From Escherichia phage HH3, in the sequence record PP759150: a stretch of 44,661 bases of DNA, one strand, 5' to 3'. Both the position numbers and the translations under genes were made by a program. Shown in pieces: positions 9,495-17,077 of this stretch; the stretch's first letter is position 1, and every line of letters begins with the position of its first letter. The notes under the pieces were generated by a model. That model ran no database searches. It was not told the DNA's origin and worked only from the letters and a program-made list of their open reading frames with translations.

Positions 9495-9816
9495 GTATGC
9501 GGCTATTGGGCTGGTTATAGGTCTGGCGGTAGGATTCTGGCTAGGTGACTCCTATCGCGCTGGCGTAGTGGCGGAGGCGGCGCAAGAAGCGCAAGCCGAA
9601 GCACAACGGCAGCAAACTAAAGTTGTTGAGCGCTCCGTGCAGGCAGAACAAGCCCGCGACGTGGAATACCGGACTATCACGAAAGAGGTTGTAAAATATG
9701 TTACGCGCCCTAACCGCCCTGATTGTAGTTTTGATGCTGAGCGCGTGCGGATCAAGCAACGTGCCGTTGATGCCGCTAACGGAGTCGGCACTGCGACCGC
9801 CGTGCAAGTTCGATAG
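9487..9816 (+). CDS. Rz-like i-spanin (109 aa)
   Basis: N-terminal transmembrane anchor IGLVIGLAVGFWLG followed by charged coiled-coil region. Confidence 0.6.
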   Translation: MIKYAAIGLVIGLAVGFWLGDSYRAGVVAEAAQEAQAEAQRQQTKVVERSVQAEQARDVEYRTITKEVVKYVTRPNRPDCSFDAERVRIKQRAVDAANGVGTATAVQVR

Positions 9817-9928
9817 CCCGTCCGCAGACCCCGACGAGGATTTGATGATTGACGTGAAAAATATGGAATGCGGGGCGAAGCTAAGGGCGCAGGTGCTGGA
9901 GTTGCAGCAAATAATTAAGGGGCCGTAA
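9698..9928 (+). CDS. Rz1-like o-spanin lipoprotein (76 aa), overlapping Rz in another frame
   Basis: Signal peptide with lipobox LSAC, Pro-rich mature part; out-of-frame overlap with Rz-like gene is the classic spanin arrangement. Confidence 0.6.
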   Translation: MLRALTALIVVLMLSACGSSNVPLMPLTESALRPPCKFDSPSADPDEDLMIDVKNMECGAKLRAQVLELQQIIKGP

Positions 9929-9941
9929 TGGCCCCTTTTTC
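9917..9941. terminator. bidirectional rho-independent terminator
   Basis: ggggcc-gtaat-ggcccc followed by TTTTT; lies between convergent genes. Confidence 0.7.
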
Positions 9942-9942
9942 G

Positions 9943-10707
9943 TTAGCGCGGAATGCCACAAATCTCGTTGAGTGTTTTCACGTCCAGCGCCACCGCCGTG
10001 GTTTTTGGCTTGTCCGGGTATGGGATGAATTGCTCAACTTCAGGCCATGCCTTAATCAGCTTCTTGTCAGTATTGTGCAGGTCCAGCACACCGGTAACGG
10101 TGAGTTTGAACGCATCAAACTTCGCGCGCAACTCGCGACGGGCATTGTCGTTTCGGTCCAAGCGCTTACAGAAGTCATGGCCCGCCGGGTAGTCTACGCG
10201 ACCGCGAGGAAGATATATCGGCAGCGCTTTCCCGTCCTCGTCAACTTCGCACACTGACGCGAGCATAACTGTCTCGAACCCCGGAACGATATCGCCGAGA
10301 TCAGGCGCGAGCTTATTCATATATTTCTCTTCCCAGTATCCTCGATGTACGCGGTATTGGCGACCGTCACCGCTCAAGGACAAGGTGCGAACATTTCCGC
10401 CTGCGTTGATTTCGAAAGTGGCGTCGTAAACGCTGCCGATACCTTTCGGGCGGTCGGTGTTATAACTATACGTCGCCTTGTTGGTGTATACGCTGACGCC
10501 GTACATCTGCGACTGGTCATCGCGGATTGACAGGATATGCTCGCGTAGCGCGGCGAATGTGCGAATGCCGTCCGGCATACAGTCCAGCGTGATTGCGTAC
10601 GCCAGGTCGCGAGAGTCCATCATGATTGTTTTGGCTTCGGTAGCGATTTCGTGGTCGCGCAGGATGTTAGCCAGGATCTGATTTTTAATGTCTTTCGTCA
10701 GTCTCAT
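9943..10707 (-). CDS. hypothetical protein (254 aa), second gene of antisense cassette
   Basis: Minus-strand ORF inside plus-strand morphogenesis block; no motif recognised. Confidence 0.6.
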   Translation of the reverse strand: MRLTKDIKNQILANILRDHEIATEAKTIMMDSRDLAYAITLDCMPDGIRTFAALREHILSIRDDQSQMYGVSVYTNKATYSYNTDRPKGIGSVYDATFEINAGGNVRTLSLSGDGRQYRVHRGYWEEKYMNKLAPDLGDIVPGFETVMLASVCEVDEDGKALPIYLPRGRVDYPAGHDFCKRLDRNDNARRELRAKFDAFKLTVTGVLDLHNTDKKLIKAWPEVEQFIPYPDKPKTTAVALDVKTLNEICGIPR

Positions 10708-10746
10708 TTTTATGTCCTCATTTTAGGGGCTTTCGCCCCGATTGGT

Positions 10747-11061
10747 TTAGTTGAATTTGATGTTGCCACCGGTGGAAGTTAAGCGAGCACATACAGCTTC
10801 AACGGCATCGACGCACATGAAATCGTTAAAGGCTTCGACCAGGGCGTTTATGAAAGATGCCGGAACCAGGCAGCAAGCCGGATTATCGAATGTAGCGGAG
10901 TTGATCGCCGCTTTTGCCGCTTCAGAAGCATTCATGCTCTGGCACAGATTCAGCGCTTCCGCGTTACGCATTGCGTGAAAGGTAAAGGTATTCGCTACGG
11001 TAGCTTTATTGAAACGGGCCATTGCGGCGTCTACTGGAGTTGCTACGGTCATGTTAGTCAT
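10747..11061 (-). CDS. hypothetical protein (104 aa), first gene of antisense cassette
   Basis: Start chosen at ATG 11061 with strong RBS aaggaag; track ORF is extended to 11121. Confidence 0.5.
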   Translation of the reverse strand: MTNMTVATPVDAAMARFNKATVANTFTFHAMRNAEALNLCQSMNASEAAKAAINSATFDNPACCLVPASFINALVEAFNDFMCVDAVEAVCARLTSTGGNIKFN

Positions 11062-11085
11062 TTTGTCTTCCTTCATATCTCTGTT

Positions 11086-11115
11086 GGTGTGCAACCAATA
11101 TAAAGCAACCAACAT
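11086..11115. promoter_or_regulatory. Divergent control region with two TTGGTTGC copies (minus-sense reading TTGGTTGCTTTATATTGGTTGCACACCAACAGAG)
   Basis: Motif copies at 11089-11100 and 11106-11113 between minus gene 10747-11061 and plus scaffold gene. Confidence 0.45.
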
Positions 11116-11215
11116 CCGCAATGCAAGCGAATTTTGCGATTATTTTTATCGCTGATAATATTAAGGCGTGAAGTCAAGCGGGTGGCCCGCTTTGCCACAA
11201 TCCCAGGGGGATAGC

Positions 11216-11920
11216 ATGAAACTTACTAAAGCAGAATATGACGCGTTGCCGGAAGGTATGAAGGCGCTTTTTGTCGCCGATGGCGACGGGTACAAATCAA
11301 CGTTCATGACCGCCGAAGAAGTACAGGCGGAGATCAAGGGTCTGAAAGACAACAACGCGAAGCTGGTTAGCGAGAAGAAAGCAGAAGCCGAACGTCGCGC
11401 CGAAGCCGAGCGCATCGCGAAAGAGAAAGAGGAAGCCGCCGCGCGCAAAAATGGCGACCTCGAAGCGATCGATAAGTCCTGGAAAGATAAGTTCGCGAAA
11501 CACGAAGCAGACACATCAGGGAAAATCGAAGCCTATCGCAAGCAGATCCACGACCTAACCATCGGCAGCGCTGCCAAAGATTTGGCCTCGAAGCTGTTCG
11601 GTAAGAATGCCGGCATCATGCAACGCCACGTTATGGACCGCCTCACGCTGGAAGACGGAGAAGACGGCAGCCTGAAGGTGCGGGTATTGAAGGATGGCAA
11701 ACCGTCCGCGCTGACTATGGACGAACTGGAGAAAGAATTCCGTAGTAACGCCGATTTTGCATCCGTCCTGGCGGGCACGCCAGCCGGTGGTGCGCCGAGC
11801 AAACCGACGCAGGTCGTAGAAGATGTGAAGTCGAAAATCACTATGGGCCACAGCTTCGGTATCACTGACTTGACGAAACAGGCCGGGGATATCATCGCTA
11901 AAATGGGCGACGACGAGTAA
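11216..11920 (+). CDS. scaffolding protein (start at ATG 11216; track ORF begins at GTG 11168)
   Basis: RBS aggggg; Ala/Glu/Lys-rich coiled-coil sequence; directly upstream of major capsid gene. Confidence 0.6.
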   Translation: MKLTKAEYDALPEGMKALFVADGDGYKSTFMTAEEVQAEIKGLKDNNAKLVSEKKAEAERRAEAERIAKEKEEAAARKNGDLEAIDKSWKDKFAKHEADTSGKIEAYRKQIHDLTIGSAAKDLASKLFGKNAGIMQRHVMDRLTLEDGEDGSLKVRVLKDGKPSALTMDELEKEFRSNADFASVLAGTPAGGAPSKPTQVVEDVKSKITMGHSFGITDLTKQAGDIIAKMGDDE

Positions 11921-12017
11921 GCAGATCGCCCGCGAAAGCGGGCGATTTTGCGAGCGCGTAATTCTAAGGTAACATTAACGGTACTGGGCGAATGCTCACA
12001 ACTCAAAGGATTTCGAT

Positions 12018-13118
12018 ATGTCTTTAACAGTGTTCCAGCGTAAACTCGTCACCGCGGTTACGCAAATGATCCCTGATAACCTGAACGTGTTCAACGCTGC
12101 CGCTAACGGTGCTGTTGTTCTCGGCACGGGTGAAGTGCTGAAGGACGTTGTAGAAAAAATGTCCGTAGGCTTGATCGCCAACCTCGTTACCGACCGTAAC
12201 GCCTATGCCCCTGTTGGTACACCGGCAACCGCAAAAGTGCTGGCGCGTATGCTGACCAACTCGGTTAACCTTTCCGCGAAAGTGGGTCCGGTTGCGATCA
12301 CGAAGGCCATGATGGCTAAGATCGAAACCAACGTTAACAGCGTTGCGGCTGAGATTGCGGCACAGGCTACTCAAGCGATTATGCTGCATTACCTCAAAGC
12401 TGGTATCGGTGCGGGCAAAGCCGCTATTGAAAGCAACTCAGCGGCAAACTACACCCAACCTGCTCGCGTCGATGGCGTTGGTGGTCGTACCTTCCCGACC
12501 CTGGCAGACTTCCCGCTGGCGGCTTCTAAGTTTGGCGATCAGGCGTCTTTAATTAAATCCTGGTTTATGGACGGCGTTACCTGGGCTAACTTCATTGCTT
12601 ACCAGGCGCTTCCTTCCGCCGAGCAGGTATTCGCGATCGGCGATCTGCAGGTAATGGGCGATGGCCTGGGCCGCCGTTTCATTATCTCCGATGCCGCTGC
12701 CGATGCAATGGGTGCTGGTAAAATGCTGGGTCTGGTCCCTGGCGCGGTTGCAGTTACCACCAATGGCCTTGATATGCTGGCGCAAGAAAAAGGCGGTAAC
12801 GAGAACATTGAGCGCTGGTGGCAGGGCGAGTTCGACTTCAACGTGGCTGTTAAAGGCTATCGTCTGAAGGCGTCCGCTCGTACTCCGATCGAAGGTGTTC
12901 GCTCGTTCAAACTGGACGATATTACCACTTCCGCTAACTGGGAACTGGACCAGGGCCAGGTAGACAACGCACCGGCAACCGTGCAGGACGTGGGCACTGT
13001 TGGTGATGGCGATACCAAAGGCCGTCGTAAGACCCAGGCCGCACAGGCAGTGCCTACCCGTCACATCAAGGAAACGGCGGGCGTACTGGTTACTCTGACG
13101 GCGACCACAGCGTCCTAA
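12018..13118 (+). CDS. major capsid protein (366 aa)
   Basis: Position after scaffold, size, followed by a strong terminator. Confidence 0.7.
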   Translation: MSLTVFQRKLVTAVTQMIPDNLNVFNAAANGAVVLGTGEVLKDVVEKMSVGLIANLVTDRNAYAPVGTPATAKVLARMLTNSVNLSAKVGPVAITKAMMAKIETNVNSVAAEIAAQATQAIMLHYLKAGIGAGKAAIESNSAANYTQPARVDGVGGRTFPTLADFPLAASKFGDQASLIKSWFMDGVTWANFIAYQALPSAEQVFAIGDLQVMGDGLGRRFIISDAAADAMGAGKMLGLVPGAVAVTTNGLDMLAQEKGGNENIERWWQGEFDFNVAVKGYRLKASARTPIEGVRSFKLDDITTSANWELDQGQVDNAPATVQDVGTVGDGDTKGRRKTQAAQAVPTRHIKETAGVLVTLTATTAS

Positions 13119-13135
13119 CAGGCGCACATCCCAAA

Positions 13136-13161
13136 GGGGCGGGCTTATGCCCGCCTTTTTT
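13136..13161 (+). terminator. rho-independent terminator after capsid gene
   Basis: ggcgggc-ttat-gcccgcc followed by TTTTTT. Confidence 0.75.
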
Positions 13162-13176
13162 ATAGGAGTGAATGAA

Positions 13177-13677
13177 ATGTATGGCGACCCACAAACCTTT
13201 ATTGATTATGCCGCCGCGCGAGGCGTTGAAGTCACGCTGAGCGATGCAACGCGACACCTTACCATCGTTAATGACTTCCTTAACGGCATCAACTGGATCG
13301 GAGAACCAGCGGACCAGACAGGCATCGACGCATGGCCCCGCATCAATTACCCATCTGACGGTAAGCCGGTGCGCGACACGCTCACTGAAGTTTTGGCAGT
13401 AGTGCCTGCGGGGCAAATCGTAGACTTCGCATCAATCCCAGTTGCCGTTGAGCAAGCCGTTTACAGGTTGGCGATGTTGGTGGCGGACGAGGTCGATATT
13501 TCTCCTGTGGGCAGCGGTAAGGAGACTATCCGCGAAACTGTTGGCCCGATCACGATGGAATATGACCCTGCGACGATTGGTAGCGGTGTCTCGTTCCCGT
13601 GGTGGGATGGCTTGCTGGGCCACTGGATTAACTCAGACGGCAACGCAGCGGGTAATTTTGACGTATTCCGGGGGTGA
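13177..13677 (+). CDS. head-tail connector / adaptor protein (putative)
   Basis: RBS aggag; position after capsid; start trimmed from track ORF 13147 because 13147 lies in the terminator stem. Confidence 0.45.
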   Translation: MYGDPQTFIDYAAARGVEVTLSDATRHLTIVNDFLNGINWIGEPADQTGIDAWPRINYPSDGKPVRDTLTEVLAVVPAGQIVDFASIPVAVEQAVYRLAMLVADEVDISPVGSGKETIRETVGPITMEYDPATIGSGVSFPWWDGLLGHWINSDGNAAGNFDVFRG

Positions 13678-13678
13678 T

Positions 13679-13795
13679 ATGAATCCTGCATTACTGGCGG
13701 CTATTATCGCCGCAAATACTAAACGCCAACCAGAACAGGAACCAGCGCCAGAACCGGAACCACCGGTGCAGGAGGATGAAAATGGCGGGCTTTAA
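13679..13795 (+). CDS. small hypothetical protein (38 aa)
   Basis: Hand-translated; start overlaps upstream stop; low support. Confidence 0.25.
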   Translation: MNPALLAAIIAANTKRQPEQEPAPEPEPPVQEDENGGL

Positions 13796-14135
13796 TTACG
13801 CGGGATTAAAGCGGAAAGTCAATCCGCTGATTAAAAAGTACGGCATGACGGCTACGGTGACGCGTCCTGGTACAGTCGACCGCGTAGAAGGCGACGAAGT
13901 GGTCATCCCTCCGACCTCGTTTGATGTTATCGGACTTCGCGAGGAGTACAAGCCTAGCGAGATCGACGGGACGCGTATCGTTGCTGGGGATGTGAAGTTT
14001 TTGTGCCAGGCCGTCCAGCAGGTGAGGGTAGGGGATTTGGTTAGCCTGAACAATACAGACTACAGGGTTATCAATCCAAACCCACTGCAACCGGCGGGCA
14101 CTACCATGCTGTTTCAACTACAGCTAAGGGGCTAA
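13776..14135 (+). CDS. neck / head-tail joining protein (putative, 119 aa)
   Basis: Position in morphogenesis cluster. Confidence 0.45.
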   Translation: MKMAGFNYAGLKRKVNPLIKKYGMTATVTRPGTVDRVEGDEVVIPPTSFDVIGLREEYKPSEIDGTRIVAGDVKFLCQAVQQVRVGDLVSLNNTDYRVINPNPLQPAGTTMLFQLQLRG

Positions 14136-14136
14136 T

Positions 14137-14730
14137 GTGGCTGAAGTCTATTCATTCGCCGCCACTATCGCTACATGGGTGGATAAGACGAAGGAGAACA
14201 ACGATAAGGCGGTGCGGGCGTACGGGATGCAAATACTCGGACGCCTTATTGAGATCTCCCCGGTGGGCGACCCTCGCCGGTGGAAGATTAACAAGGCTTA
14301 TGCAATGGCCCGCCAGCACGCGAACAAGGTAAACGCCGCACAGCGCCGCAAGAATGGCGGCAAACTGAAGCGCGGTCAGAAGAAGCACGCCAGTGTGCTG
14401 GTATCATTCAAAACTAAAAACGGCAACGTCACGTTCCGCCAGCGTGGCTGGGCTGCGAAGAATTACACCGGCGGACGCTTCCGGGGAAACTGGCAGGTTA
14501 CGTTCGACCGCCCGGCTGTTGGCGCTATTGACCGCGTGGATAAGGCAGGAACGGCAACATTAGCCGCTGGGCGTGAAGTGCTGGCGCACTACGATTCGAG
14601 TGAATACGGGTCGATCTGGTTTACTAACAACGTGCCATACGCGCAGCGCCTAGAGTATGGCTGGAGTAAACAAGCGCCCGCGGGAATTGTTCGCGTTGTA
14701 GCGGCAGAAATTAATTCGAAGGTGAAATAA
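14137..14730 (+). CDS. head closure / tail completion protein (HK97 gp10-like, putative)
   Basis: GTG start; position; basic central region. Confidence 0.45.
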   Translation: MAEVYSFAATIATWVDKTKENNDKAVRAYGMQILGRLIEISPVGDPRRWKINKAYAMARQHANKVNAAQRRKNGGKLKRGQKKHASVLVSFKTKNGNVTFRQRGWAAKNYTGGRFRGNWQVTFDRPAVGAIDRVDKAGTATLAAGREVLAHYDSSEYGSIWFTNNVPYAQRLEYGWSKQAPAGIVRVVAAEINSKVK

Positions 14731-15152
14731 TGAGCAATACTGAAATCCGCAAGGCGCTTAACCGCGTAATAGAAGAATTATCGGTAAGCCTCAGCACCAG
14801 CCAGCGTCCGATCCAGGTTAACTGGGAGAACGTTAGCGGCGACCACGCAAACGGCAGCGGTGTCTACCTGGAGCCGTACCTGCTACCGGCCCCGACCCAG
14901 TTTGTGGGCTTCCAGCAGAAGGGCCGGATCTATGCTGGCGTATATCAGGTTGCCGTGGTGTTTCCAGCGGGCACGGGCACACAGTACGCGAGCGAACTGG
15001 CTGACGCCATCGCGACGTCGGATAAGTGGCTGGCGGTGAAGATTTCGGGAGCGGCCTTCCAGCTTCAGGACTCGCCTTATACCAGTTCGGTGGTCGAGGA
15101 CGTTGATCGCGCCCGCATCGTGGTTACAGTCCCCTACACCTGTTGCGCCTGA
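14730..15152 (+). CDS. tail terminator / tail completion protein (putative, 140 aa)
   Basis: Position immediately before major tail gene; ATGA coupling. Confidence 0.45.
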   Translation: MSNTEIRKALNRVIEELSVSLSTSQRPIQVNWENVSGDHANGSGVYLEPYLLPAPTQFVGFQQKGRIYAGVYQVAVVFPAGTGTQYASELADAIATSDKWLAVKISGAAFQLQDSPYTSSVVEDVDRARIVVTVPYTCCA

Positions 15153-15213
15153 TTTGGCGCAATTCTGCGCGTGCTGTATCATTAAACCGTATATCTAAAC
15201 AGGAGCGTTCATT

Positions 15214-15936
15214 ATGGGTTATCAACTTCCTAACGGGTCCAGCGTCCAGATCGGGTCCGTACTAGGCAATGGTATCGCGGTTACGGCAGCTACCAACGCC
15301 GCTGCGTCGATCTCCGACCTTACGCAAGGTTGCGTAATTACCTGCGCGGAGTCTCACGGTCTGGTTGTTGGCGACGTTGTTATGTTCACTAAAACCCCGT
15401 GGGTCCGTGCGCTGAACCGCGCGTTCATCGTGGGTAAAGTGTCCGGGAACGACGTGACGCTGGCGCGCTTCGATACTCAAGACGCCACCAAATACCCGAC
15501 CGGTGCTTTCGGCGTAGGCACACCGGGTGAGGTCGTGAAGGTGTCGAGCTTTATCGACTTCCCGTTTATCACTAACGTTGCCGTGTCGGGTGGCGACCAG
15601 CAGACCACCACCTTCCAGCCGTTGCAGGTGAATACCGCGATCAGTCTGAACACCACGAAAAACCCGTTGGTCCAGACCTACACTTTCACCCACGACGAAG
15701 AAGACCCGATCCGCCCGATTCTGGAAGACCTGGACGACACACAGAAAACCACTGTGATTAAGTTCACTAACCCGGCAGCGGCAAGCGGCAAAGGTGAAAT
15801 CCGTATTTACCCGGCTAAGGTGTCTTTCCGCAAGATTCCGTCGGCTGAAGTAAACAACGTGGAGACGGTGGAGTCCACCCTCACTATGCAGTCCGATATG
15901 GTTATTTACCGTAAGGACTTGGTCGAGGCGCTGTAA
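15214..15936 (+). CDS. major tail (tube) protein (240 aa)
   Basis: Strong RBS aggag; position before chaperone G/GT; followed by terminator. Confidence 0.6.
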   Translation: MGYQLPNGSSVQIGSVLGNGIAVTAATNAAASISDLTQGCVITCAESHGLVVGDVVMFTKTPWVRALNRAFIVGKVSGNDVTLARFDTQDATKYPTGAFGVGTPGEVVKVSSFIDFPFITNVAVSGGDQQTTTFQPLQVNTAISLNTTKNPLVQTYTFTHDEEDPIRPILEDLDDTQKTTVIKFTNPAAASGKGEIRIYPAKVSFRKIPSAEVNNVETVESTLTMQSDMVIYRKDLVEAL

Positions 15937-15966
15937 TTTGGTCGCTTAAATAGCGGGTGTTAATAT

Positions 15967-15989
15967 GGGGCCAGTACGGCCCCTTTTTT
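15967..15989 (+). terminator. rho-independent terminator after major tail gene
   Basis: ggggcc-agtac-ggcccc followed by TTTTTT. Confidence 0.75.
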
Positions 15990-16005
15990 ATTGGAGAATT
16001 ACATA

Positions 16006-16368
16006 ATGGCTAAATCACCACTCTTCACACTTGACCCTAAACCGACCTTTAAGCTGCCGATTGAGATCCCGCGCCCTGGTGAGAACGAACCGGGCAAAAT
16101 GACGTTTACCGTGCGCCACCGCCCTATCGACGAATTTTCGCAGACCATGCAGGACACTGAGCGCAAATTGTCGGAGTATGACGACAATGACCCGGAAGGA
16201 TTTAACGTTATGGTCGAGGCCATCATGCACGTCGCTGAAGGCTGGAATTTACCGGACGAATTTAATGCGGAGAACGTCCGCCGCCTGGTGGTCAACTACC
16301 CGCGCGCGTTCGGCGTGTTCCATACTTCGTACTATCTCGAACTGATGGGATTGCGTGAAAAAAACTAA
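16006..16368 (+). CDS. tail assembly chaperone G
   Basis: Position between major tail and tape measure genes; ends 3 nt after the slippery heptamer. Confidence 0.65.
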   Translation: MAKSPLFTLDPKPTFKLPIEIPRPGENEPGKMTFTVRHRPIDEFSQTMQDTERKLSEYDDNDPEGFNVMVEAIMHVAEGWNLPDEFNAENVRRLVVNYPRAFGVFHTSYYLELMGLREKN

Positions 16369-16682
16369 TTGAGGCGGCGCGACGATTTTATGGCCCGCCG
16401 CCACCCTCAGAAGATTTAGCCGCGAGTTTATGGGGCGCGACACCGGAAGACGTGTGTCCGCCTGTTGCGCTATGGCCCGACAACGCGAAGGTAGTCGCCG
16501 TATTCACAGATTGCTCCACGCAATGGCGCACCGGATTCGGTGGCGCATACGGCATCGACTACGGCGTTTTAGAATGGCTGTTTAAGATGCACGGTATCGA
16601 AAACGCGCAACGTGCGTTTAAAGATATTAAGCTAATGGAGCGCGTTGCGCTGGATGAAATGGCACGGCAGAACCCTGCATAA
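16359..16682 (+). CDS. T extension of tail assembly chaperone GT, reached by programmed -1 frameshift
   Basis: Slippery heptamer A_AAA_AAC at 16359-16365 in G frame; the -1 frame is open from 16359 to the stop at 16682 (checked codon by codon). Confidence 0.6.
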   Translation, partial: KKLIEAARRFYGPPPPSEDLAASLWGATPEDVCPPVALWPDNAKVVAVFTDCSTQWRTGFGGAYGIDYGVLEWLFKMHGIENAQRAFKDIKLMERVALDEMARQNPA

Positions 16683-17013
16683 TGGAGCGGGACAGGCGGG
16701 ACGTCCCGCTTTGTCCCGATCTGTCCCGCCCTCTAAAAACTGCATACCTATTCAGTTTTACTGCATAACCTGAAAGCGGGACGGCGGGACGTCCCGATCT
16801 GCCCCACCCCCCCAAAATGTGAATGGTTATGCAGTTTTCGTGCATAAAACAAACGGGACAAAAAGCGGGACAGAATGGGGCGGGACAAAGCGGGACGTCC
16901 CGCCGTCCCGCTCAGTGCTGCCGCGGGTTTCAGCCGATCGGGACAGGCGGGACAAAGCCCAGTCTTTCAGACTAGACGGGGGTCATTGGCCCCCCTCGTC
17001 TGAGACTGCATAA
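16683..17013. repeat. Repeat-dense non-coding element, copy A: about 17 CGGGAC(A) units in both orientations, three GCGGGACGTCCCGC palindromes, CTGCATAA repeats, terminal long hairpin (16960-17008)
   Basis: Read directly; last 187 bp (16827-17013) are a diverged copy of 44475-44661. Confidence 0.85.
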
Positions 17014-17077
17014 GATTTGTTTTAAATTCGCTGATACAATAACCCACGGCAACTGCATAAAAAGGGGGGACTGCATA

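Noticed and set aside
16819-17013. ORF of 64 aa (and the analogous 87-aa ORF at 44398-44661) ending in ...SFRLDGG..PPSSETA
   Set aside because: Both lie entirely inside the iteron/hairpin repeat element; their similarity just reflects the DNA repeat, there is no RBS, and the sequence is low complexity.
16683-17013. Possible CRISPR array because of the many short GCGGGAC repeats
   Set aside because: Units are 6-8 bp, irregularly spaced, in both orientations and without spacers of uniform length; no cas genes are present.
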